Virus record (IMG/VR): IMGVR_UViG_3300043172_000501 | Span: 32,657 to 96,656 of that record | Direction: 5' to 3' (one strand) | Source of the DNA: a virus | Length of the DNA stretch: 64,000 nt | In this document: positions 9,128 to 17,518 of the stretch, in pieces | Numbering within the stretch: the stretch's first letter is position 1 | Layout: every line of letters begins with the position of its first letter | Program-made: the position numbers and the translations under genes | Notes under the pieces: model-generated | What the model saw: only the letters and a program-made list of their open reading frames with translations | What the model was told of the DNA's origin: nothing | Databases searched by the model: none

Positions 9128-9372
9128 AGTACGCATTCAACTCGACAGACAGGAAAGTCCTTGCTTTTAGTGATACCTATGAGCGTAAATGGTTTTGTGA
9201 GAAATTCACAGAGTTTGAACCGGTAAATAAATTCGATTTAGATTGTTATCATGGCTTCAAGCCAAAAGAATTAGAAGCATTGCCTCTTTACAGTAGTGAA
9301 GTATCAATAAAAGTTAACGAGTTGATGGCAGAAATTAAACTAATAACAGGCAAAGAGGTTATATTAAGATGA
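9124..9372 (+). CDS. Hypothetical protein
   Basis: ATGA coupling. Confidence 0.6.
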   Translation: MKYAFNSTDRKVLAFSDTYERKWFCEKFTEFEPVNKFDLDCYHGFKPKELEALPLYSSEVSIKVNELMAEIKLITGKEVILR

Positions 9373-9548
9373 AAGAGCTACTTTGGAGAATTGAATATGC
9401 CATTCGTGCCATCTGGACAATACGTTCATGGGGATGGAATTCTATACCACGAGGATGGGAGATGGCAAACGCTCTAACATGGAAAGAGATCCGAGAAGGA
9501 GGAGATAATCCGAAAGATGCCCTACGAGAAGAGCTATCAGTATGGTAA
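9369..9548 (+). CDS. Hypothetical 59-aa protein (below ORF-track cutoff)
   Basis: GAGG RBS, ATGA coupling, MKELLWRIEY...EELSVW. Confidence 0.55.
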   Translation: MKELLWRIEYAIRAIWTIRSWGWNSIPRGWEMANALTWKEIREGGDNPKDALREELSVW

Positions 9549-9589
9549 CCTTTAAACAACATAAAAAGACTACAAGATGGAGACAGTAA

Positions 9590-9820
9590 ATGAATGAACC
9601 ACAAAAAGAACAATCAAAAGTTTCGACAGGTAGTGCTTATTTCGTAAGTTATCAACGAGCAATTGACTATTACGAAACACAAGGCATAGAGATTAAAGAA
9701 GTCAGGTTAAAAATTGCTGCAGGAGAAATACATATCGGAGCTCCTAAATTAGAACCTGGGCAAGAGTCAGTATTAGACCTCAAAGGCCGTTATCTAATCC
9801 AGGATAGTAATGATTTCTAA
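9590..9820 (+). CDS. Hypothetical protein
   Basis: GGAG RBS. Confidence 0.6.
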   Translation: MNEPQKEQSKVSTGSAYFVSYQRAIDYYETQGIEIKEVRLKIAAGEIHIGAPKLEPGQESVLDLKGRYLIQDSNDF

Positions 9821-10091
9821 ATATACCAGGGAAGAATGTGTTCATTGCGGAGAGCCAGGACCAGATTACGATGAGGAATTATGTCTTATGTGCTGGGAAA
9901 AATATACAGGGGAACAATTCTGCAGAACCGTCCTTAACTTCCAACCAATGGAAGAGTTCTGGGTTTGGGATAAAAGAATCAAAGAAGAAGAAGCAGAAAA
10001 TTTGCGGATTAAAGCCTTCAATCAAAATCAATTGCTCTTGCCATATATCAGAGGTAAAGGGTTAGAATTGTTAATAAATAAACATTTGTAG
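9810..10091 (+). CDS. Hypothetical Zn-binding protein
   Basis: CVHC...CLMC. Confidence 0.55.
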   Translation: MISKYTREECVHCGEPGPDYDEELCLMCWEKYTGEQFCRTVLNFQPMEEFWVWDKRIKEEEAENLRIKAFNQNQLLLPYIRGKGLELLINKHL

Positions 10092-10166
10092 TCAGGTCTG
10101 ACTGCAATCATATATCTGGCTGAGAAAGCGAAAGGATGTTACTATGAATAGTAAAATTAGAACACC

Positions 10167-10394
10167 ATGAGTTGGGGCGAGAGAAGCTGTATCCGGCTAC
10201 ACGACAAGGATAGAACGTGCAAAGTAGAAATGGGAAGATGCAACGTTAATTGCCCTCTTTATATCTGGGATAAAAAAACCACACCAGATAGTTCTAAGTG
10301 GGCGCCAGAAGATAAAGTAAAAAACTTAAGAGCATTAAATGCTCCAACAACAAACCAGAAGAAACGCGCAAGAAGAAAGAGGAAGTCAAAATGA
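10167..10394 (+). CDS. Hypothetical Cys-rich basic protein
   Basis: Packed ORF. Confidence 0.55.
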   Translation: MSWGERSCIRLHDKDRTCKVEMGRCNVNCPLYIWDKKTTPDSSKWAPEDKVKNLRALNAPTTNQKKRARRKRKSK

Positions 10395-10783
10395 GCGATA
10401 AGACAATAAAAGAAACAACACTTTTAAAAGACTTAGAAGCCATGGGAGCAGAATCATTAAATCCTGAAAGCTACGGCGAATTAATAACGATAATAGAAGA
10501 GCTAAAGCAGGCTCGTCATCTTGACTTGAAAGTATATTTCAATGAATCAGAATACTTTATTGCTACCAGCGTTGAAGAAGCAACAGGTCTTTGTATTATA
10601 TCATTCGGAAGTGATTATCACACTGAAGACAATTGCCCATTTAAAGCACTTCCTCCGGAACATAAAATGGGAATAATGGTTAAAGACGGAAAAGTTTCAG
10701 ATGGCGGTACCAATACTGAAAAGACCTGTGCCGAATGGATTAAGTTCCATGGACCAGGTTACTTAGCATCAGTGGAGTTCTAG
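10391..10783 (+). CDS. Hypothetical protein
   Basis: GAGG RBS, ATGA coupling. Confidence 0.65.
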   Translation: MSDKTIKETTLLKDLEAMGAESLNPESYGELITIIEELKQARHLDLKVYFNESEYFIATSVEEATGLCIISFGSDYHTEDNCPFKALPPEHKMGIMVKDGKVSDGGTNTEKTCAEWIKFHGPGYLASVEF

Positions 10784-11202
10784 TGGAGCAACTAGAAAAC
10801 ATAGGACGAGGTAACGACTTTCCCCAAGAACTAATAGATCTCGGGAGAGATTTCATAGAAGACGGCAAATGGTCAGAATATTTTCAAAAGAGAAACGATT
10901 CAGCAATGTTTGATTATTACAACGACAGATACCACACAAAAAAAGCAGAATACAAAGAGAGAAGCCAAATGAGAACATTAACAAAAGAAGATTTTATCGC
11001 CGTTGACGAAGGACCTTGTTATGAAGACACTGAAATCTTTGTGAATGAAATAACAGACCACGGGGAATGGCAAATAAAATCTGATTTTTCGGGCAATCTT
11101 TTTTATTCAATCAAGCAAGATGACTTTATCAGTGAGAAACCATTAGGAATACAAATCCTAAAACTAAAAGCTATACCTAAGCTAGGAGGAACTAAAAAAT
11201 GA
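10783..11202 (+). CDS. Hypothetical protein
   Basis: GGAG RBS, GTG start overlapping stop. Confidence 0.6.
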   Translation: MEQLENIGRGNDFPQELIDLGRDFIEDGKWSEYFQKRNDSAMFDYYNDRYHTKKAEYKERSQMRTLTKEDFIAVDEGPCYEDTEIFVNEITDHGEWQIKSDFSGNLFYSIKQDDFISEKPLGIQILKLKAIPKLGGTKK

Positions 11203-11699
11203 AATCATTTATAAAATATTTATCAGAACTATCATGGGTAGGTTGGCTCAACATGATTTTAATTCAGTGGTTCTTTATACGAATAGCTTATCATATTGAT
11301 GAAGAAGGTGGCAGAAAGTATGATTTCTTTATCATAGGGCTAGTAATTCCACTGACAGGCTGGTGGTCAGACTACATTAAACTAAGACTTCCTTGGGGAG
11401 AAGAGTCAAGATCAAAATCAGAAGCAATAAATCTAGTAATAAAAGAACGAGAACATCAAATAGAAAAAGGGTGGTCACGTGTTCATGACGAACAGCACCA
11501 TTTTGGGGAACTTTCTGTTAGGTCTGCGGAATTGGCAGTTGAATTCACAGACGAAAGAGTTAGCAGTAATTATCACAGTTCTGACGCATGGGGACTAGTA
11601 GCTAAACACAAAGATAACAGGGTTAAATCGCTGACAATAGCTGCAGCACTTTTAATTGCAGAGCTTGAAAGAGAATTGTCACGTGAGGATTCTAAATGA
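11199..11699 (+). CDS. Hypothetical protein: hydrophobic N-domain fused to ER-x-Q...AAALLIAELER helical phage domain
   Basis: AGGAGG RBS; C-terminal motif is common in phage proteins. Confidence 0.6.
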   Translation: MKSFIKYLSELSWVGWLNMILIQWFFIRIAYHIDEEGGRKYDFFIIGLVIPLTGWWSDYIKLRLPWGEESRSKSEAINLVIKEREHQIEKGWSRVHDEQHHFGELSVRSAELAVEFTDERVSSNYHSSDAWGLVAKHKDNRVKSLTIAAALLIAELERELSREDSK

Positions 11700-11995
11700 T
11701 TACTTTATTACTGTCGATATTAACAGGAGTACTCGGTTACATTTCATCGGAGATAATAAAAAAGAAATTTCCCTGGGGGAATAAGTCGAAAGACATTAAG
11801 TATAAAGATGGGGATGTACTAATAGTCCAAGATAAAGACGACAACCCCTATGTGTATTCAGGGTTTGCAAAAAAAGGTGTACTCTATACATTTTTTGACA
11901 ATGAAAAGAAAGTAGTATTTAGTCGTGCCGAAGGGTTACAATATGTAACAATTCTCCGCAATACAGGCTATAATGTTTTTGAGGAACACAAATGA
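11696..11995 (+). CDS. Hypothetical protein with N-terminal TM segment
   Basis: MITLLLSILTGVLGYI. Confidence 0.6.
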   Translation: MITLLLSILTGVLGYISSEIIKKKFPWGNKSKDIKYKDGDVLIVQDKDDNPYVYSGFAKKGVLYTFFDNEKKVVFSRAEGLQYVTILRNTGYNVFEEHK

Positions 11996-12121
11996 TAAGA
12001 TTTAAGTTTGTAGCAATAGACCACAGGTTTAAGATAATTGACAGATTTAGATTAGCGATGCTTGATTATCAAATGCGTAAAGTTACCCAGTACATAATTG
12101 AAACGTACTAGAAAGGTCAAA

Positions 12122-12328
12122 ATGAATCATAAGGTTAGAGCTAATCGTAAGCGGAAAAAGAAGCTAGGTGTAATGATAGATTCAAGGCAACTAGAAAAAA
12201 CGATGCGCGATAATAACTTAATGATGACACTGAGCTTCGTAGCAAAGATGACAGGATTACCGAGAGAACTAGTATTTAGAATATATAAGCTTGGAAAAGA
12301 GATGGGTTTAATAGAAAGGTCACAATGA
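12122..12328 (+). CDS. Small basic HTH-like protein
   Basis: LSFVAKMTGLPRELVFRIY. Confidence 0.5.
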   Translation: MNHKVRANRKRKKKLGVMIDSRQLEKTMRDNNLMMTLSFVAKMTGLPRELVFRIYKLGKEMGLIERSQ

Positions 12329-12624
12329 GCGTTTTACACTTAACACTTAAAAAGAAGTGGTTTGATATGATTCTATCAGGCATCAAGTTTGAAGAGTACC
12401 GGGAGATAAAACCTTACTGGACAAAAAGACTCGAAGGAAAGAAGTTTGGATTTATCAAGTTCACCAACGGATACGGAGACAAACGCCCAGCTTTCTATAT
12501 TAAATACAATGGGTACAAAAAGACCAGAGGATTGCCAGAGTGGGGAGCAGAACCAGGAAAGATTTATTACGTTATTTGTTTTGGAAGAATATTAAGAACA
12601 GAAAACATTACGGAGGTTAAATGA
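12325..12624 (+). CDS. ASCH/PUA-like domain protein
   Basis: LHLTLKKKWFDMILSGIKFEEYREIKPYWTKRL...FTNGY. Confidence 0.8.
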   Translation: MSVLHLTLKKKWFDMILSGIKFEEYREIKPYWTKRLEGKKFGFIKFTNGYGDKRPAFYIKYNGYKKTRGLPEWGAEPGKIYYVICFGRILRTENITEVK

Positions 12625-12965
12625 CTAAAGAAGAATACGAAAACCAATTAAAACAAAACGCTAAACAGCATGTATTAGCAGACCAGAAAGCTTTAAGGGA
12701 TTATTTAAATTCTATTCATACTGTCTACGCACCAGGAACTATCCTTCAGGATACTAACATGGAAGTTTTCGGGAGAGTAATTAAGCATCAATACTCCATC
12801 GGTTTCTTTAGTCGAAGCCCAGTTATCATTTACAGATGTAGACAGTTAACCAAAAATCTAAAAAATCGGGTTAACTATGAAGAAGTGCATATCAGTACTG
12901 ATGACCTTAAATTGATTGAAGAAGACGAGAGTACCAAAGAGGCAACAAATGAAAACAGAATTTGA
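12621..12965 (+). CDS. Hypothetical protein
   Basis: GGAGG RBS. Confidence 0.65.
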   Translation: MTKEEYENQLKQNAKQHVLADQKALRDYLNSIHTVYAPGTILQDTNMEVFGRVIKHQYSIGFFSRSPVIIYRCRQLTKNLKNRVNYEEVHISTDDLKLIEEDESTKEATNENRI

Positions 12966-13149
12966 CAGAATAACCGATACAGGGTTCGCAATGACTTTTC
13001 AGGGTTGCAGATATGTAATCCCTTTTAATGGTCAAGTTTTTACAAAAGACGGAGAAGTAACAGATAGAAGAACGCTTTCAACATTAAAAGAAGAGATAAA
13101 AAAGCAGGCTGAGTTAATCCTTGCTATAACTAATAATATCACAGAATAA
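12949..13149 (+). CDS. Hypothetical protein
   Basis: GAGG RBS before MKTEFD. Confidence 0.55.
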   Translation: MKTEFDRITDTGFAMTFQGCRYVIPFNGQVFTKDGEVTDRRTLSTLKEEIKKQAELILAITNNITE

Positions 13150-13162
13150 AAAAGGGGACAAA

Positions 13163-13543
13163 ATGACCGATGTAACAACCAAAACAAAAGAAACGAGAGA
13201 AGAAGTGAATCAAGTTTTCTATCTTCGCGAAGAGGCTAAACGTTTATCTCATCTAATTGCTGAACAATCCGAAACCATAAAAGATTTAAAGAGTGAGAAG
13301 TTCAAACGTTTTAATAATGAAGAATGCTGGATGTATCAAGATGACGAGGATGATAAATTAGAAGAACTTGTTTGCCCAGTAGTAATTAGTGCCACTGATT
13401 TGATTGCACTAATCAACAAAGGTAAAGAAGTTGATAAAAAGTTAGAGAACCACAAACATATGACCGTAGGATTATGGACTACAGACAAGCCAGATATGAT
13501 TCCTGCTGACATTAAAGAGAAATACTTTTGGGAAATTAAATAA
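13163..13543 (+). CDS. Hypothetical protein
   Basis: Packed ORF. Confidence 0.6.
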   Translation: MTDVTTKTKETREEVNQVFYLREEAKRLSHLIAEQSETIKDLKSEKFKRFNNEECWMYQDDEDDKLEELVCPVVISATDLIALINKGKEVDKKLENHKHMTVGLWTTDKPDMIPADIKEKYFWEIK

Positions 13544-13564
13544 TCAGGAAAGACCAGGTAAAGT

Positions 13565-13879
13565 ATGGAAATTGATGAAGAAGAAGACAATATTGTCCGC
13601 CCCAAATTTGGCAAAATAGCTTTAGAGATAACTAAACGTCCAGTAGGGGCATGTCATCATTCAAGAATTACCGTAAACCCCGAACTAAGAAAAATTGAAT
13701 GTTCTGAATGTTCTGAAATATTAGACCCTATCCATGTTATTTTAGAATACGCCAAGAAAGAACGCAGGTTCCAATTTAGAAGAGACGTAATGAGTAATCT
13801 TGAAAAGAGTATAAAAGCACTTAAAGAAGAAGAAAAAAAAGTTAAATCAAGACTAAGATACCAGAAGAACAAGAGGTAA
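13565..13879 (+). CDS. Hypothetical Zn-ribbon/coiled-coil protein
   Basis: CHH...CSEC..ILDP. Confidence 0.65.
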   Translation: MEIDEEEDNIVRPKFGKIALEITKRPVGACHHSRITVNPELRKIECSECSEILDPIHVILEYAKKERRFQFRRDVMSNLEKSIKALKEEEKKVKSRLRYQKNKR

Positions 13880-13882
13880 AGT

Positions 13883-14140
13883 ATGAGATTAGAATCAGAA
13901 TTTGAAATCGGTGACGTGGTTAAAGCAAATCATCCGTTCCTTAATGCCGATGAATACATGGTAACAGCCTTTCAGTACTCACATGAAAAGTGGGGTTTCC
14001 TAGGAACCAGCGCTAATACCTTCTATTACTCACTTTATCCTATCAGCGGAGATGGCGGAAGTGGAGGGACAGTGGAGAGTAATCTAAAATTCATTAGAAA
14101 AGGCACAGAAGAAGAACAAAGCTGGGTAAGTAGACTATAA
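13883..14140 (+). CDS. Hypothetical SH3/KOW-like protein
   Basis: EFEIGDVV start. Confidence 0.6.
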   Translation: MRLESEFEIGDVVKANHPFLNADEYMVTAFQYSHEKWGFLGTSANTFYYSLYPISGDGGSGGTVESNLKFIRKGTEEEQSWVSRL

Positions 14141-14161
14141 CCAGAACAGACGAGGTAAAGA

Positions 14162-14464
14162 ATGACAAAGGTAAAGATAGAAATAGATGTCGAGTTTGAA
14201 ATAGGAGAAACAGCCTTTTTCGCAAATGAGAATAATATAACAATGGAAGAAGAAGTTATAGAAAAAGTCATAACGGACATTTGGGTTAAAAAGGATATAG
14301 GACTAGACTCAATCGAAGTAACATATTTCTTTGAACCATGTGAAAGTGCTTACGGAAATACTACACAGTCACATGCCTACAGGACGAGGGAATTAGCACA
14401 ACAATCACTTGATGATGGAAGCGCATGGGGACAAGGAGCAGACGAGGTAACTGATGGCAACTAA
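14162..14464 (+). CDS. Hypothetical SH3/KOW-like protein
   Basis: EFEIGETA; ends EVTDGN. Confidence 0.6.
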   Translation: MTKVKIEIDVEFEIGETAFFANENNITMEEEVIEKVITDIWVKKDIGLDSIEVTYFFEPCESAYGNTTQSHAYRTRELAQQSLDDGSAWGQGADEVTDGN

Positions 14465-14877
14465 AGAAATAAAAGAAAAATGGGCATATAGTGACGACGG
14501 GGAATTATTCAGCAATCAGTGTGACTCAAAAGAAGAAGCGATAGAAGAGTTAAAAGCTGAAGATTACGAACATGGTTATGTGGCGAGAGTTGTAGGAATA
14601 AGTCGTGAAGACCTAATTGATAATTCATTGGACATCAATTCACTATTTGAAAACATGCAAGAACAGCTTTACGATATTGCAGGAGAAGCTGCCGAGTGTT
14701 TCGATTATTCCCCGTGTTGGAACAGAGAAAAAAGAACAGAAGCAGAAAACAAGCTACAAGCAGACCTGACAAAACTAATCTATGAATTTATGAAAGAACA
14801 AGAAATAGAACTAAACTGTTACAGGGTTGCAGACGTTGAACCAGTAGACATGGGTGAGGTAACTGATGGTAACTAAA
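14444..14877 (+). repeat. 22-nt direct repeat GAGGTAACTGATGGYAACTAAA flanking gene 14454-14876
   Basis: Copies at 14444-14465 and 14856-14877 with one mismatch. Confidence 0.85.
14454..14876 (+). CDS. Hypothetical acidic protein
   Basis: WAYSDDGE.F...DSKEEAI phage motif; ends EVTDGN. Confidence 0.65.
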   Translation: MATKEIKEKWAYSDDGELFSNQCDSKEEAIEELKAEDYEHGYVARVVGISREDLIDNSLDINSLFENMQEQLYDIAGEAAECFDYSPCWNREKRTEAENKLQADLTKLIYEFMKEQEIELNCYRVADVEPVDMGEVTDGN

Positions 14878-15579
14878 AAGAAATCAGTATCAAAAAAGAA
14901 GCCCAAGAAACGTGGCGCACCATCCAGACCAACAGGAAGAGCCCCAGCAAATAAGACAATTGCTCCTGCTACTGATAAGATATTCAAAGAGAAAGTTGCT
15001 AAAGAAAAGAAGAAGGAAGAAAATCGCAAGGCGAAAGGTTTAGGTCCTACAAAAGAGATCCCGGGCATGATCTCAATAGAGAAGTACAATGCGATGTATC
15101 AAGCATATACTGAACGGCAATCCATAAGCCATGTAGCGAAAGTGTGCTCAGTCAACGCGACTACAGCAAAGAAGTATGTTGAGAAAGGCGACCCCAAGAG
15201 AAACCTGCGACCGTTGAAAGACCGATACTCATCAGTGATAGTGAATGCTCAACAAAAACAAGACTATACACTCGCAACATTAAGAGGAGAAGTTCTTGCA
15301 GCATCCCGTGTATTCCTCCACAGGGTCGCCATGAGAATCAAAACACTTGACCCTGATGACTTGAGCCCCGACGCAATCGGGAAGCATTTAAAGGACATTC
15401 AGGTGACAGCAGAGAGATGCTTAGGAGTATCTGATGCTACGATAACCGTCAAACAAGAGAGTAGATATGCTGATTGGTCAGAGGAAGAATTACTTAATTT
15501 CTTTAAAACCGGCGTTACACCTGAACATGACAGGTCAGTGGCTCCTATCTCATCGGCTCAGATGTCATCGAAGGAGTAG
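14866..15579 (+). CDS. Probable terminase small subunit (HTH protein)
   Basis: Basic N-terminus, HTH (SISHVAKVCSVNATTAKKY), helical core, C-terminal YADWSEEELL motif. Confidence 0.5.
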   Translation: MVTKKKSVSKKKPKKRGAPSRPTGRAPANKTIAPATDKIFKEKVAKEKKKEENRKAKGLGPTKEIPGMISIEKYNAMYQAYTERQSISHVAKVCSVNATTAKKYVEKGDPKRNLRPLKDRYSSVIVNAQQKQDYTLATLRGEVLAASRVFLHRVAMRIKTLDPDDLSPDAIGKHLKDIQVTAERCLGVSDATITVKQESRYADWSEEELLNFFKTGVTPEHDRSVAPISSAQMSSKE

Positions 15580-15581
15580 AT

Positions 15582-15869
15582 ATGATTAAGATATATTGCG
15601 ATGTAGAAAAAGGAAAAGGATTATCAATACTCAAGAAGCTTGAAGAAGCCAGTGCAGTAAAAACAACTAATGGTTACATGCCGACGAGCCTTACAGTGGC
15701 TTCATACATGACAAGTATTTGCTTTGAAGATAGGGCAGACGGTTTTGGTTCTAGAATGGGCTGGGCAGATCATGACAGTAAATATTTTAAACAGAATAAA
15801 TATACGAAGGTTACACCAGAAGAGCTGGCTACCATTGCATCAATTGCTTGTCCGGTCACTAAAACCTAA
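15582..15869 (+). CDS. Hypothetical protein
   Basis: AAGGAG RBS. Confidence 0.6.
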   Translation: MIKIYCDVEKGKGLSILKKLEEASAVKTTNGYMPTSLTVASYMTSICFEDRADGFGSRMGWADHDSKYFKQNKYTKVTPEELATIASIACPVTKT

Positions 15870-15932
15870 CCGTTACCTAAACCGTTTACTTTTTAAAGGG
15901 TAATAAAAAAACAAACCGTTACCCTAACCGTT
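15868..15932 (+). repeat. Four AACCGTT iteron-like repeats in two pairs
   Basis: Starts at 15868, 15880, 15914, 15926 (12-nt spacing within each pair), separated by T/A tracts. Confidence 0.8.
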
Positions 15933-15953
15933 AAAACTAATTCCCTAATCAGT

Positions 15954-16007
15954 CCTGTCCAGAAACAAATTACTTGAATTAAACCCTACTAGCCTTTATA
16001 ATAAAGG
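15954..16007 (+). promoter_or_regulatory. Sigma70-like promoter with palindromic operator over the -10 box (copy 2)
   Basis: CCTGTCCAG (15954), TTGAAT 15974-15979, 17-nt spacer, TATAAT 15997-16002 inside CCTTTATAATAAAGG 15993-16007. Confidence 0.8.
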
Positions 16008-16056
16008 TAGAGATTAGATACAGATTAGAACAGACCATTAACCAAAGGAGTACATT

Positions 16057-16077
16057 ATGTACAGATTGACCACCTAA
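16057..16077 (+). other. Minigene MYRLTT with strong RBS
   Basis: AAAGGAG ends 6 nt before ATG TAC AGA TTG ACC ACC TAA. Confidence 0.5.
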
Positions 16078-16120
16078 AGCGGTTTGGTAACTAGTGAGGG
16101 TTCAATTCCTTCACCGCTTA
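16077..16120 (+). ncRNA. tRNA-like top-half element (acceptor stem plus T arm, no anticodon arm)
   Basis: AAGCGGT/ACCGCTT 7-bp stem; GAGGG-TTCAATT-CCTTC T arm; 12-nt linker containing TGGTA. Confidence 0.6.
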
Positions 16121-16174
16121 TTGAGCAGATAATTAAACAGTTCACCCGCCCGTGGGGAGAGTTAAGAAAGGCTA

Positions 16175-16549
16175 ATGATTATGGGGAGTAAGAAAATAGA
16201 GAAAACGAAATATTATCCATTCGATAACGAGAAGCACTTAGTCGACTGTCGTTATATGGAAGTCAAAACTAATTCCGACGCACTAATGAAGACTATGGCT
16301 AAGTGGCATCCTCTTGCAAAAGACAGAGGCTATGGCTCATGTGGCTGTTGCAAACGATGGAAAAGGCCGATGATTAGCCAGTTAATTCGGTGTAACAAGT
16401 GCCCCATTGTGATAATTGAAAACGGTATCAGATCAACATGCCACGACAGTGTACACCCATATCAAATATGGATTAGAATAGTAGAAAAAGAGAACGAATG
16501 CGAAGACAAGATATTTAACCTAGCTCTAACCGCCTGGGAGAAATTATAA
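16175..16549 (+). CDS. Hypothetical Cys-rich protein
   Basis: CGCC, CNKCP. Confidence 0.6.
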   Translation: MIMGSKKIEKTKYYPFDNEKHLVDCRYMEVKTNSDALMKTMAKWHPLAKDRGYGSCGCCKRWKRPMISQLIRCNKCPIVIIENGIRSTCHDSVHPYQIWIRIVEKENECEDKIFNLALTAWEKL

Positions 16550-16713
16550 TGAGATCTGAAAAAAAACCAGTACCAAAAAGAACAAGGTTCCTAAGCTTGA
16601 AGATTCCAGACCGCAACCAGCCTGAGTTCTATGATGAGATGGTTAAACTATTTCTCGTTGTCGAGTTTACGATATTTGTCATAACGCTCATTTCACATTT
16701 ATAAGGAAACACC

Positions 16714-17142
16714 ATGAGTATAGATAAAGAAGTACTAGCATCAATTAAAAAAGACGGCTTTCATGTTAAGTGTGACAAAGAGAACAACACGCCAGAAGAC
16801 CAGGCAGAAGGAAGAATAATTGCAGAAGTGATAATGCCTCTAAAACCTAATGATAATTACGTCAAAGAGTTCTGGATACGATGGAAACATGATAACGACC
16901 CTGAGTATCTAGGACCAACAGCAGAGAATATTGAAAAAGCTTTTGAGATGTTCTGCCATTATGTAATACCTGCCAGTACCCATGGGATAATGGTCGCTTT
17001 GTCACGAGCGCCTCAAGAAGGACCACTTCTTACAATGGCAAAGAGGGCTATCAAAAAGATAATTTCTAAAAGACCTCTCGGGGCTGTTATCGGTGGCTCT
17101 GAATACGCGAGAGATCTAATCAAAAGATTTATAGGAGAATAA
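16714..17142 (+). CDS. Hypothetical protein
   Basis: AAGGA RBS; VKCDKENNTP. Confidence 0.65.
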   Translation: MSIDKEVLASIKKDGFHVKCDKENNTPEDQAEGRIIAEVIMPLKPNDNYVKEFWIRWKHDNDPEYLGPTAENIEKAFEMFCHYVIPASTHGIMVALSRAPQEGPLLTMAKRAIKKIISKRPLGAVIGGSEYARDLIKRFIGE

Positions 17143-17302
17143 TCATGGAACTATTTATCGGGTTAGTAGTGGGCTTATTCTGTGGCAGCATTCTCGTCAA
17201 CATGTCGTGGAAGGCTACAATAAAATTCAACGCCGAGACTAACTGCGATTTATTAGTCGACGGGGAAAAATATAAAGTTAAGCTCAAGGAGAAGTACTGA
17301 TT

Positions 17303-17518
17303 ATGACTAAAAGAAACTTTGACATAAAAAAGATTCAGAAGAAATCAGTCAAGACTGTCTGGAACCTAATGATAAGACAAATACAATATCAGCACAAAGG
17401 GATCTATATATATTACAGAGGTCATCTATTGCGTACAACAAAAAGAAGATCCCTTAGGATAATCTGTGAAGAAGAAAACTTAGTAACAGTAAAACAAATA
17501 CTGGAGGCAATCAGATGA
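17303..17518 (+). CDS. Hypothetical basic protein
   Basis: Packed ORF. Confidence 0.5.
   Translation: MTKRNFDIKKIQKKSVKTVWNLMIRQIQYQHKGIYIYYRGHLLRTTKRRSLRIICEEENLVTVKQILEAIR

Noticed and set aside
10098-10140. Hammerhead ribozyme (CTGA...GAAA)
   Set aside because: The core does not match CUGANGA and the three stems cannot be built
15868-16035. CRISPR or TIGR-like guide array
   Set aside because: Repeats are 7-10 nt with no regular unique spacers; no Cas or Nop-domain gene; the RuvC-like protein is a short stand-alone resolvase
16077-16120. A complete tRNA gene or tmRNA
   Set aside because: Only 12 nt lie between the acceptor stem and T arm, so there is no D stem or anticodon arm; no G3-U70 pair or tag reading frame; kept only as a tRNA-like element
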